Assembly (NCBI RefSeq): GCF_035084215.1
Contig: NW_027139581.1
Coordinates: 1,364,001-1,428,000, forward strand
Length of the DNA: 64,000 bases
Reading direction: 5' to 3'
DNA from: Heptranchias perlo
Taxonomy: Eukaryota
Shown here: piece after piece, positions 50,546-63,282 of the stretch
How positions within the stretch are numbered: the stretch's first letter is position 1
How the letters are laid out: the number at the start of each line of letters is the position of its first letter
Notes under the pieces: generated by a model
Databases searched by the model: none
What the model was told of the DNA's origin: nothing
What the model saw: the letters and a program-made list of their open reading frames with translations, nothing else
Made by a program: the position numbers and the translations under genes

Positions 50546-51419
50546 TTCGATAAACAATAAAATGTATTGAGATATTGAAGCAGACTGTAAATATTGTATT
50601 GGACATTGAAATTCCTCCAGAGCCGATGAATGAGATGAAGTGGTAAAATAATGGGATAACACTGGAACATAACAGGGGGTTGAAATTAAAGCAAAGAGGG
50701 GCACAGATATTTGGATTTTCAATGTAAAGGGTGAGGTTCCTTTGAGTTAACAATTAAATTGGGCTGGGGGGAAATAATACTCAGCAAAAAATTATCCATA
50801 AGGTGGATATTAGCAACAGGATAACTGGAGAATCTTTAAAGTCCATGACTTCTTGATAATATGGCACACTTTAATTTCCTGTACAAGGTATTATGATTTT
50901 CTTTTTCTATATCATAATGTATAATATTAACCAAATGAAACTTGGAGCAATATGTACATGTCTTTCTGTGCTTATGTAAATCTGATGATGATAAAATATA
51001 AACTCAGGATGATCTTAGGCAGCCAAGGAGAAAGTTGAGGGTTAAAGTGAAAATTGAACCAGAGTGGTTTCACTCAGGTTCAAGAGGAGGGACTTTAAGA
51101 ATATGGTTTAAAACTAGTTAAGTGTCCCACCTCGCATAGCTCGCATAGCGCCCGAGACATTCAGCAAGAGGGTGATGTTGAGGGGGGCATGGTTCAGCAT
51201 CTCAAGAGATGTGGTAACCAAAGATCTCCGCATTCCTCAGAGGAACAAATAGCTTGTAAACAGAGATAAAGGTTAATAACTACTCATATCGGAATCACGT
51301 GGAAGTAATTATTGGAGGATTAAAAACCCCTTTGTTGCCACAGTAACAGAAAAATCTGCTAATATTGTGTATCATTTGTCGTTCGGGTTCTAATTATTTG
51401 TGGTGCATTGACCACATTA

Positions 51420-52095
51420 AACAGCTGACTGTTCGCAAACTTGGCGCCCGATTTGACCCTCAGCTGAGCTTCCAACCTCATGTCGTCTTCATCACCAAGA
51501 CCGCCTACTTCCACTTCCGTCACATCGCCCGTCTCCGCCCTTGCCTCAGCTAACCATGTCTTTGTTACCAATAGACTCAACTATTCCATTGATCTCCTGG
51601 ATTATCTCGCACGTTGCACCCTCTGTAAACTTGAGCTCATCCAAAATTTTGTTGCCCATAACCTATCTCGCACCAAGTCCCGTTCACCCATCACCCCTGT
51701 ACTCGCTGACCCACATTGGCTCCCAATCCAACAATGCTTCTACGGCCTCACCCCTCCCTTTCTTTGTAACTTCCTCCAGCCCGAAAATCCCCTGGGATCT
51801 CTGTTCCTCTTGCGCATCCCCGATTTTAATCGCTCCACCATTGGCGGTCGTACCTTCGGCTGTCGACGCCCTACAATGTGGAGTTCTCTCCCCAAACCTC
51901 TCTGCGTCTCTATCTCTCTCTCCTCCTTTAAGATGCTCCTTAAAACCTTCCTCTTTGACCAAGCTTTTGGTCACCTGTCCTGATATCTCCTTATGTGTCT
52001 TGGTGTCAAGTTGCGTTTGATAATCGCTTCTGTGAAGCGCCTTGTGACGTTTTATTGCGTTAAAGGCGCCATATAAATGCAAGATGTTGTTGTTT
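51420..52095 (+). mobile_element. L2-type LINE 3' end
   Basis: Matches 34551-35200; tail gttaaaggcgccatataaatgcaagatgttg. Confidence 0.8.
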
Positions 52096-52234
52096 GTATT
52101 GTTAACAGAATTTAGCATGTGACTGCGGCGGACCATAACGTTAGAGGAGACTGCGAGGTGCGCCTGGTCACTGCACAGTCATTTCGCCTCTGGAGCTTGA
52201 CATGAAAAGATAGAGGTCGCTTTTCTCTGATGGG

Positions 52235-52250
52235 ACACTAGGTGGCGCAG
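52235..52250 (+). promoter_or_regulatory. Candidate CTCF-binding site
   Basis: ACACTAGGTGGCGCAG versus the consensus CCASYAGRKGGCRS (one mismatch). Confidence 0.5.
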
Positions 52251-52415
52251 TGGGTCCTTAACTGAAGGGTCCTGGGTTCAAACACAACCCAAACAGGACG
52301 GATACAAAATATCTGTCAGGGAAAAAGAACTGAGATCGGCAAAATATAACAGTGTGGCTTAATCTTGGAGAAAGAAATTCAGAAAAGTCCAAGTTAGTCC
52401 ATTCGTCATTCATGA

Positions 52416-52421
52416 TTTATT
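52416..52421 (-). terminator. PolyA signal for membrane IgM mRNA
   Basis: AATAAA on the - strand, about 465 nt after the TM2 stop. Confidence 0.6.
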
Positions 52422-52886
52422 AACAATTTAAAAGTTTACAATTGACAAAGAAGTTTTAAAAAGTTAACACAAACTGAATGTAGCAACTCAGTGTCACATT
52501 GAGAATAGAACAGAGCCGGTCTGAGCTGCCAGCTGTCTGCACAACTGCAACAGACAGCAGAGAATGAAAACAGAGGCTCAACATAAAGGGAAGGAAACAA
52601 TTGTGGATAAGAAATGAGAAAAGTTACTTATTTACACATGAATTATTAAAACAAAGGTGAAAGGGGACTCAAACTCTAAGAATCATTTACATTAGAGCGA
52701 TGGTTATCTCACACATTAATAAACATTTCAATCAGAAAGACGGAAATCCCGTTGATGTTTTTCTCAGCTATAGATGTCGATATATTAACTGACGGCGTTT
52801 CACTTTGAGAATCACCAGGAGGAATTCTTCTTTTCATAATACAGAGATGTTAATAAACAGATGTGCAAAATCCGAAATTCAACCGA

Positions 52887-52895
52887 TCACTTTAC
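52887..52895 (-). CDS. ighm: IgM heavy chain TM2 exon (VK-stop)
   Basis: ttttacag|GTA AAG TGA completes the KVK cytoplasmic tail. Confidence 0.92.
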   Translation of the reverse strand, partial: VK

Positions 52896-53034
52896 CTGTA
52901 AAAGAGGGATAAAAGAATGAAGCAGATATTTAGTGGTCCGTGCATTTATCTCAGGGTTTTTATGAATGAAACTTTTAGAGGCTTTTCAAACCGCTTCATT
53001 CAGATCAAAGTGTCACTGGATTGAATCTTCTCAC

Positions 53035-53162
53035 CTTCACCAGAGTGACGACAGCGCTGTAGAAAATGCTCAGGAAGAACAGAATGATGAATGTGGAAGC
53101 GGTTGTCCAGATGTTGCCGCTCTCTTCCTCATAGTCTTCAACCCAGACCTGGTTTATGGAAT
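53035..53162 (-). CDS. ighm: IgM heavy chain TM1 exon (DSINQVWVEDYEEESGNIWTTASTFIILFFLSIFYSAVVTLVK)
   Basis: cgtag acceptor and GTGAG donor; acidic spacer plus the conserved membrane-Ig motif WTTASTFI.LF.LS..YS..VT. Confidence 0.95.
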
Positions 53163-54589
53163 CTACGGGGATGGAGAGGAGGAAATATATTCAGATCGTT
53201 TATTAAACCAGGATATATTATTATTATTAGTTTATTTCTTTCCTTACTGTATTATTTTGGTCTCTAATTTAATTTCCAAGTTGTATATTTTGTTCAGTTC
53301 ATCCCGCTCAGTAATCTATCTCTGTTCCTAACGTCACAACCTCGCTTCCTTTATGATCCTCATACATTCCGTGTTGGTAAAGGTGATTTTTTTTTTCTTA
53401 AATGTCAGACACTAATGTATTTTCAATCGATTTCGTAGACCTTTCATTCGGGGATATTATGGTGAGATATCGAGGGAGGTTCAGTGATTTATGTCGATTA
53501 TTTTATCGATAGGTTTCGATATCTCCTATTTGACGGCTGGCATGGTGCAGGGTAAGAGATCGAATGTTAGTTCCAATCTTGGTCGTTTATTTGTGATGGA
53601 AATACTTTGAACATTATCTATCTGTATCAGTTTCCAACTGAGATCATTGCTTCAGTGCATGTATACGACCGGAATAGGGAGCAGGAAGATGTTATGGTAT
53701 CAAAGTTTCTCAGAATACCAAGAACTGGGTTTTAGAAAATCAGTCCATTTAGTATATTTTTAACGATCAGTTGAGTGAGATTAGTTAATTTTCCCACTTC
53801 AGGATATGAACGTGGCTTTTCCCGGCTGTCAGAAATTCTGACAGCTCTGGGCACGGCCTGTGACAATGAACGACCACCTGCTCTGGAATATTGATCTCCA
53901 GCGGTTTCTAATGTGCTCTGTTTCAGGGACAAAGTGTGGGTGCAATCGTTATCACCTCAAAGACGAGGTCAATGTAGTTTAGATTATTGACGCCACACCT
54001 CTCATCTCAAGTTTAGTCAGGCAATGTTTTCTCAATCCCCCTGAATAGATATTTTTATTCATAAATATTTATTTAATACGTTGATTTATTTGATGTAAAG
54101 CAACGTTTATATTTGCAGACCATGTGGTTCTGTTATTTAGAAACTGACTGCCCGCTGGTCCCGGGGGTTCGTGTACAACAGAAGGGCAGTGTCTGTCTCT
54201 CTTTCATGAGGACAGGAGAGATGGTCTGTGCCGACCAATGCCCTTCCGTCACTACTGTCTACATTCAATGCAGTGAAGATAGAAATGCAACATTTTATTG
54301 GATAGAAATGATTTTCTGCATGTTGTTTTAATGGTCTTCTGTTAAATTAGTTGGAGTGGCCTCACACTAGTTCCCAACGGGCATCATCTAACAGCTCAAA
54401 ACTGGCTTCAATCGGAAGAAATCGGTGTAATGACGAAGAGAAGCCGCAATGTATTGTTTTTGTAGGAATTGGAAACAGCCATTGTATTGTGTTTGGAAGC
54501 GGTTTTCTTATGTTCGGGTTAAGGGGTCTGGTAGTGGAAGCACCTTTAGTCTGCATTTAGCTTGTGCTGTGAATAAGCTGGAAGGGCGG

Positions 54590-54975
54590 AATATAGAAGG
54601 TTTAGGGGTGATTTGAATGAGATTTTTAAGATTTTGAAAGGAATTGATGGGGTAGATAGAGAGAAACTTTTCCCGCTGGCGGGGGAGTCTAGGACAAGGG
54701 GACATAACCTTAAAATCAGAGCCAGGCCATTCGGGAGAGACGTTAGGAAACATTTCTTCACACACCGGGTGGGAGAAGTGTGGAACTCTCTCCCACAAAA
54801 AGCAGTCGATGCTCAATTAATAATTTTAAAGCTGATTTATTTTTGCTAACCAAGGGTATTAAGGGATCTGGAGCCAAGGCGGGTGGATGGAGTTAGGATA
54901 CAGATCAGCCATGATCTCAATGAATGGCGGAACAGGCTCGAAGGGCTGAATGGCCTCCTCCTGTTCTTGCGTTCC
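54590..54975 (+). mobile_element. CR1 3' end in the Cmu4-TM1 intron
   Basis: TRGHNLKIR plus a CR1 tail. Confidence 0.85.
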
Positions 54976-55080
54976 AACGGAATGTTGGCGCATTGGGTCT
55001 CCAAAGGGAACATATCCTGCTCCCGACTAACAAAAATAATTCAATTCCCATACATTTGACTCGTTAACAGAAAAAGGGTC

Positions 55081-55086
55081 TTTATT
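55081..55086 (-). terminator. PolyA signal for secreted IgM mRNA
   Basis: AATAAA about 35 nt after the secretory stop. Confidence 0.85.
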
Positions 55087-55119
55087 TGCTTTTAATTAAG
55101 GAATGGAAATGAGATAATC

Positions 55120-55511
55120 TCATTGACAAGAATTCACGGTGTCCATCAGTACAAGGGAAATGTTCACAAAACTCGGTTTACCGCTCGATTTATTAACCGT
55201 TCTGCTCATTATCTTCAAGGGAATGGCTTCATGTCCGACCACACAGGAGTAAGAAGCACCGCTGGTCCAATCCTCCGTCTTAATGGATAACATGCTGTAC
55301 ATGAAGAAGGAGCTACTGTCGTTCTCCGCCATCACCTCAGTGTTCTTGTAGCCGCTGGAATTCAGCGTCTTGTTATTAACGGTCCACTTGACAAAGATCT
55401 CTCTGGGAGAGAAACCTCTCACTAAGCAGGTGAGGGTCATAGACCGCTGAGCGGAGATTTCTTCTGCTAACGGGAGGAGGACAAACACAGACGGTTCCTG
55501 TGGATTTGGAT
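55120..55511 (-). CDS. ighm: IgM heavy chain Cmu4 plus secretory tailpiece (internal donor for the membrane form at 55182/55181)
   Basis: C1-set domain ([18 protein letters not shown]...[11 protein letters not shown]), closely resembling shark IgM; tail [20 protein letters not shown] with an NxS site and penultimate Cys; G|GTAAA donor. Confidence 0.96.
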
Positions 55512-55879
55512 CTGCAGAAAAAAATGTTTGGATATTAATAAGTGAGAGGCGATCATAGAGGGAATAAAGCGCAGCTTTAGGTTGTGAAGATTCACTTTGC
55601 ACTCCGAGATATCGTCCCCTTGCCTAATTTTAAAAACTCTGTTTGTTGCTTTGTGCACGAGTCACTTAAGGTGACATCTCTCCTCTCCTCTATGTGCCTT
55701 GAGAAGGCCATCGTTTGAGAAATGTAACTGAGTGGCTTGTCGATAATTTGAGAGGACAACTCCATCGTCCCGGAGCAAAGCCACATGTGGCGAAGATCGC
55801 ATAGGGGTGATAGCCTCCCTTCGGATATGGACAGTAAAAGGACAATGGAAAAGAGTTCGGATTTTTAACGGTCAGTTCA

Positions 55880-58800
55880 GGAACATAGGAACAGAAGGAG
55901 GCCATTCAGGCCCTCGAGCCTGTTCCGTCATTCAATTATAACATGGCTGATCTGTGTCTCAACTGCATTTACCCGCTTGGTTCCATATCTCTCAATACCC
56001 TTTATTACAGTATCATAATATGGTACAGCACAGAAGGAGGCCATTCGGCCCAACGTACCTATTCCGGCTCTTTGAAAGTGCTATCCAATTATTCCCATTA
56101 CCCTGCTCTTTCCCGATAGCTGTCCAATTCTTTCCCTTCAAGTATTAACCAATTCCGTTTTGAAAGTTACTATTGAATCTGCTTCCACCACCCTTTCAGG
56201 CAGAACATTCAGATCATTACATCTCGCTGCGTAAAAAATGCTTCCTCATGTCGCCTCTCGCTCATTTGCCAACCACTTTAAATCTTTGTCCTCTGGTTAC
56301 CAAATCTTCTGCCACTGGAAACAGTTTCTCCTTATTTACCTGATCAAAACCCTTCATGATTTTGAACACCTCCATAACATCTCCCCTTAACATTCTCTGT
56401 TCTAAGGAGAACAATTCCAGCTTCTCCAGTCTCCAAATAACTGAAGCCTCTCATCCCTGGTGCCATTCTAGTAAATCTCGTCTGCACCCTCTCTAAGGCC
56501 TTGACATCCTTTCTAAAGTGTGGTGCCCAGAATTGAACACAATACTCCAGCTGAAACCTAACCAATGATTTATAAAGATTTAGCGTAACTTATTTGCTTC
56601 TGTGCTCTGTGCCTCTATTACAAAAGCCGAGGATCACATATGGTTTATTAACAGCATTCTCAACTTCTCCTTCCACCTTCAAAGATTTCTGTACGTACAC
56701 TGCCAGGTCTCTCTGTTCCTGCACTCCCTTTAAAATTCTACCATTTAGTTTATATAGTGTCTCTTCATTCTTCCTCCCAAAGAATGCATCACTTCATACT
56801 TCTCTGCGTTAAATTACATCTGCCATGTCTCTGCACATTTCACCAGTTTGTCTATGTCCTCCTAAAGTTAGTTACTATCCTTCACATTATTTACATTTCC
56901 GAGTTTCGTGTCATCAGCAAACTTTGTAATTGTACCCAGTATACCCAAGTCCATGTCATGCTGATTCCTGGAGAACACCACTCTATACTTCCCTCCAGTC
57001 TGAGAAACTATCGTTCAACACTACTCTTTGCTTTCTGTCCCTTAGCGACAAAGGAAAGAAAAGGGGATGAGTTCCTGCGGTCAGTGTTTCAGGAGCGAGG
57101 GAGGAAGTTGAAAAGCACGACCTCAAAGGTAGTAATCTCTGGATTACTCCCAGTGCCACCCGCTGGTGAGTGCAGAAATTGGAAGATAAGGCAGGTTAAT
57201 TCGTGGCTGCAGACATGGCGCAGGATGGATGGCTTCAGAGTCTTGGGGCAGTGGGACCAGTTTTGGGATCGGAGTGCAAGGGTGGTGGAAGCAGATTCAA
57301 TCGTGGCTTTTAAAAAGGAATTGGACAAATATTCAAGGGAAAAAATTGCACTGATACTGGGCAAGCGTGGGGAAATGTGACTAACTGGATTGCTCTTATA
57401 ATGAGCCGGCAGGGGCACGATGGGCCGAATGGCTTCCATCTGAGCTGGAAACATTCTATGATTAGCCAATTTTCTATCCACGTTGCCGCTGTACCTTTAA
57501 TCCCCGGGGGCTTTAATTTCGCTTACAAGTCTATTATGTGGTACTTATCAAGTGCCTTTTGAAAGTCCATATACACAACATCAACCACATTACACTCATT
57601 AACCCTTCCCGTTGCTTCATCAAAGAGCTCAATCAAGTTATCAAACACGATTTTCCTTTAACAAATCCGTGCTGACTTTCATTTACGAGCCGACAATTTT
57701 CCAAGTGACAATTGATTTTGTCCCGGATTATTCTCTCTGAAAGTTTCCCAACCACCGACATTCGGCTGACTGGTCTGTAACTGCCGGGTTTACCTTTTTG
57801 AACAATTCTGTAACATTTGCAATCCTCCAATCCTCTGGTGCCATCCCCATATCTAAGGGGGATTGGAAATTGTGGTGAGAGCCTCCGTAATTTCCACCCT
57901 TACTTCCCTCAGTAACCGAGGCTGCATCCCATCTGGAACGGGTGACTTTTCTACTTTGAGTACTGCTAATCTTTTAAGTACCTCGTCTATCTATTTTTAT
58001 CCAATCCCATATCGCTACTGACCCCTCTTTTACTGTTACAGTGGCAGCATCCTTTTCTCTAGTGAAGGCCAATGCGGTGTATTCATTTAGTACCTCAGCC
58101 CTGCCCTCTTCCTCCACAAGAAGATCTCTTTTTTTGTCCCCAATCGGTCCCACCCTTCCTTTCACTGCCCTTTTACAATTTACATCTTCATAAAAGACTT
58201 TTGGTTTCCCTTTTGTGCTGGCCGCTAATCTATTCTCATATTCTCTTTGCCGCTCTTATTTCCTTTTTAAATCTCCTCTGTACTTTCTGTATTCAACTTA
58301 GTCCTAAACTGTATTCTGTGCCTTACATTTGTCATAAGCCTCCTTTTTCTGTTTCATTGTAATCTCTATACCTTTAGTCATCAAATGAGCTCGAGTTTTG
58401 GATGCCCTTCCTTTCCCCCTCGTGGGACGGGATGTGAACCATTTCCTCCTTGAAGGCCTCCCATTGTTCAATTACTATTTTGCAAACCAATCTTTGATTC
58501 CTATCCACCAGGACTCAGATCCCTTTTTAACTCACTGAAATTAGTCCTCCTCCAGTTAATTTTTTTCACATTAGATTGTTCCTTGTCCTTTTCAACGACT
58601 TTTCTCAATCTCATGATATTATGATCACTGTTCCCCAAATGCTCCCCCACTGAATCATGCTTCACTTGCCCCACTTCATTCCCAGAACTAGATCCAGCAT
58701 TGCTTCCTTCCCCGCTGGGCTGGAAACACATTGTTCAACAAAGTTCTCTTGTGCACATTTCAGGAATTCCTTCCCCTCTTTGCCCGATACATTGTTGCTG

Positions 58801-61800
58801 TCCCAGCCTATATTGGGATAATGGAAGGCCCCCCATTATCACTAATCTATCGTTCTTGCATCTTTCCGTAATTTGCCTGCAAATTTGTTCCTGTATCTCC
58901 TTCCCATTATCTGGTGGCCTATCGTACACACCCAGTAGTGTAATAGCTCCTCCATTGTTCTTTAATTTTAACCAAATGGATTTTGTCTTTGACACCCCCT
59001 CACCTTCATCATCACTTTCCAGTGCTATAATAGTTTAATTGATTAATACTGCCACACCTCCTTTCTTTCCTTCACTATCTTTCCTGAATACAGTGTAGAC
59101 AGGAATATAAAGTACCCATTCCCCCCAACCTTTGAGCCATGTCTCTGCCATTGCCTCTATATCACAGTCCCATGTGGCGACTTGAGCCTGCAGCTCACCA
59201 ACCTTATTTACCACGCTACGTGCATTTACACACATGCACTCCAAGCTCATCTTAGACTGCCTAATTCCCCCCCCCCCCCCTGTCTGATCCCTCCTATTTC
59301 TGAAGTACTCTTTGCTCAAGTGCTATTTGTCCCTCCCAGTCCTCTGTGCACCTTGCTTCTTCTCTATAATGTTTCATCCTGGTGCCCACCCTATTGTCAA
59401 ATTTGTTTAAACCCTCGCCCATAGCAGCAGTTAACTTCCCAGCTCTGTTGAGGTGCAACCCGTCCATCTTGATCGGATCCCTCCTGCCTCACAACTGCTC
59501 CCAATGTCCCAGGTATCTGAAACCCACACTCCTGCACCATTTCTCCAGCCACACATTAGCAAATCTTATTCGGCCAGTCCTATACTCACTAGCGCTTGGC
59601 TCTGGGAGTAATCCAGATTTTACTACCTTTGAGGTGCTGCTTTTTAACTTCCTCCCTAGCTCCTGAAACTCTGACTGCAGGACCTTTTCCTTCCTATGTC
59701 ATCGGTTCCAACATGGACCATGATTTCTGGCTGTTCCCCTTCCCTCCTCAAAAGGTTTCGCATCTCTCAATGTTGTCCTTTACCCTGGCACCAGGGAGAC
59801 AACACACATACAGGACTCATGTGGGCCCTTGCAGAAACTCCGGTCTATCTGCCTGAACACAAGAACATAAGAACATAAGAAATACGAGCAGGAGTAGGCC
59901 ATACGGCCTCCCGAACCAGCTCCAACATTCAATAAGATCATGGCTGATCTTCAACCTCAACTCCACTTTCCAGCCCGATCCCCATATCCCTTGATTCATA
60001 GAAACATAGAAAATAGGAGCAAGAGTAGGCCATTCGGCCCTTCGGGCCTGCTCTGTCATTAAAATGATAATAGCCGATCGTCTAACTCAGTGCCCTGTTC
60101 CCGCTTTATCCCCATATCCCTTGATCCCTTTAACATTAACACATATATCGATCTCCTTCTTGAATACACCTGATGACTTGGCCTCTACTGCCTTCTGTGG
60201 TAGAGAATTCCACAGGTTCACCAACCTCTGATTGAAAAAATGTCTCCTCACCCCGGTGAGAAATGGTATACCCCGTATCCTGAGTCTGTGACCCCTGGTT
60301 CTGGACTCCCCAGCAATCGGGAACATCCTCCCTGCATCTAGTCTGTCTAGTCCTGTTAGAATTTTATATGTTTCGATGAGATCATCTCTCATTCTTCTAA
60401 ACTCTGGTGAATATAGGCCAAGTCGTTCCAATCCCTCCTCATCCTGCCATCAATCCTGCCATCCCAGGAATCAGTCTGGTAAACCTTCGTTGCACTCCCT
60501 CCATGGAAAGGACATCCTTCCTCAGATAAGGAGACCAAAACTGCACACAATACTCCAGATGTGGTCTCACCAAGGCCCCGTATAACTATAGTGAGATATC
60601 CCTGCTCCTGTACTCAAATGCTCGCTTTTAGCGACTGGTGTACAAGGACACCCAGGTCTCGTTGCACCTCCCCTTTTCCCAAACTATCACCATTCAGATA
60701 ATCATCTGCCTTTCTGTTTTTACAAGCAAAGTTGATAACCTCACATTTATCCACGTTATACTGCATCCGCCATATTCTTGCCCACTCACCCAACTTGTCT
60801 AAATCACTCTTTGCATCCTCCTTACAGCTCCCATTCCACCCCAGCTTGGTATCGTCTGCAAACTTGGAAATGTTACATTTAGTTTCCTCATCCAAATCAT
60901 TGATATATATTGTGAATACCTGGGGTCCAAGCACTGGTCCCTGCGATACCCCACTGGTCACTGCCTGGCACCCGGAAAAAGACCCGTTTATTCCTATTCT
61001 CTGTATCCTGTCTGTCAAAGAATTCTCAATCCATGCCAATATATTCCCCCCAATCCCATGTGCTTTATTTTTGCACACGAACCTCTTGTGTGGGACCCGA
61101 TCAAAAGCCTTCTGAAAATCCAAATATACCACATCTACTGGTTTTCCCTTATCTATTCTACCAGTTACATCCTCAAAAAACTCTAATAGATTTGTTAAGC
61201 ATGATTTCCCTTTCATAAACCCATACTAACTTTGTCCAATCCCGTTAATGACTTCCAAGTGTTCTGTTATCACATCTTTCAAAATAGACGATAACATTTT
61301 CCCCACTATTGATGTTAGGCTAACTGGCCTGTAATTCCATGTTTCATCTCTCCCTCCTGTGTTAAATAGTGGGGTTACATTTGCCACCCTCCAACTGTAG
61401 GAACTGTTCCAGAGTCTACAGACTTTTGGAAGATGATCACAAATGCATCCACTATTTCCAGGGTCACTTCCTTTAGTACTCTGGGATGTAGATTATCAGG
61501 CCCTGGGGATTTGTCAGCCTTTAGCCCAAATAATTTCCGATTTTTTTTTTTACCAATAATTCCCCCAGAGTCCAAAAATCTATCTATCTCAGCCTTGAAT
61601 ATATTCAACGACTCAGCATCCACATTCCTCTGGGGTAGAGAATTCCACAGATTCACAACCCTCTGAGTGAAGAAATTCCTCCTCACCTCAGTCTTAAATG
61701 GCCGACCCCTTACCCTGAGACTATGCCCCTTAGTTCGAGACTCTCCAAGCAGGGCAAACGACCTCTCAGCATCTACCCTGTCAAGCCCCCTCAGAATCTT

Positions 61801-62865
61801 ATATTTTTCAATGAGATCACCTCTCATTCTTCTAAAATCCAGAGAGTATAAGGCCATTATACTCAATCTCTCCTCATAGCAAAACCCTCTCATCCCAGGA
61901 ATCAATCTAGTGAACGTTCTTTGCACTGCATCTAAGGCAAGTATATCCTTCCTCAGATAAGGAGACCGAAACTGCACGCAATACTCCAGGTGAGGTCTCA
62001 ACAAAGCCCTGTACAATTTTAGTAAACAATTGAACCCCCTATAACAACTGCATTTCTTTCGCTCGCAGTTCAGCCGAGTCTCCCGTGGTGCAGTGGATTT
62101 GCTCCGATTGCACGCAATCAAGCAACAAACTATTAATCTCAGTTTTGAAATTTCCAATTGACCTCCAGCCTCAGCAGCTTTTTGGGGAGAGAGTTCCAGA
62201 TTCCCACTGCCGTTTGTATGAAGAAATGTTCCCTCGCATCACCCCTGAACGACCGAGCTCTAATATTAAGGTTATGGCCCCTTGTTCTGGACTCCCTCAG
62301 CCAGCGAATTTAAAGGATTATTGAGTTCAATTTCGCTACTTGCCGTGGTGGGGGTAAAAGAGTTTCCTCTAATCCAATCTCTGCAGAGGGGACCGAGAAG
62401 TGAGAAAAGCCTTTCGTTCGGAATAAAAGAGTTTCCTCTCCATTTTGTCCATTTACCAACTTTATTGTTTATTCATTCCCGGGATGTGGGCGACTCTCGT
62501 AAGGTCGGCTTTTATTGCCCATCCATAGTTGTCCTTGAGAAAGTGATGGTGAGCCTTCTACTTGGCCCGCTGCAGTCCGTGTGGTGAAGGTACTCCCACA
62601 GTACTGTTAGGAGGGAGTTCCAAGCAATTTGAATGTGACAATGAAGGAATGGCGATATATGCCCAAATCGGGATGAGTTGTGATTTTAAGGAGAACTTGG
62701 AGCTGATGGTTTTCCCATGCACCTGTTGGTAGGGGTCGCGGGTTTGGAAGGTGCTGCCAAAGAAGCCTGCACGAGTTGCTGCAGTGTATCCTGCAGATGG
62801 TACACACTGCAACCACAGTGCGCCGGTGGTGGAGGGAATGAATGTTTAAGGTGGTGGATGGACTA
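55880..62865 (-). mobile_element. Nested stack of LINEs in the Cmu3-Cmu4 intron, including a near full-length decayed CR1 (about 56010-59860: ORF1 esterase, endonuclease, RT)
   Basis: SKVV.SGLLP (ORF1), NARS...ETWL (endonuclease), FADD (RT) and several CR1 tails. Confidence 0.88.
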
Positions 62866-62973
62866 AACTATGCCATGGGGATAGACTATGCATATATTTA
62901 ATGAATAGAAGTCATGTACACGCACTGAGAAGATTCACAATGTGGCACTTGTTGCTGCAACCTCACTGCTCAC

Positions 62974-63282
62974 CTCGTTCCTTGTGTATGGACGCTCTTT
63001 TAGGTGTTGGAAGATCCTGATGGCTCACCACGCAATAGAACGTATCCCCACTCAGCCACGCTTGTGTCGAGATGTCTACTTTGCTGATCAGGCTGTCGGA
63101 GCCCTCGCCAGGTTGGACGGCAATCTCTGATTTTAAAGGCTGCTGTTCTCTGGTCCAGGACACGTTGACCCCATTCGGAGCATCAGACACGACACAGGTC
63201 AAAGTCACCGTCGCCTCCAGTAAAACCTGTTCTTGTGATGGTGGCAGAATAGTGACTTCTGGTTCACCGGGTGGAGGACAAT
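62974..63282 (-). CDS. ighm: IgM heavy chain Cmu3 exon
   Basis: cacag acceptor and GTGAG donor, phase 1-1; [21 protein letters not shown]...VNVSWT...[13 protein letters not shown], typical of shark Cmu3. Confidence 0.96.

Noticed and set aside
55120-63282. IgW or IgNAR assignment
   Set aside because: The domain sequences, secretory tail and TM1/TM2 layout match shark IgM Cmu3/Cmu4.
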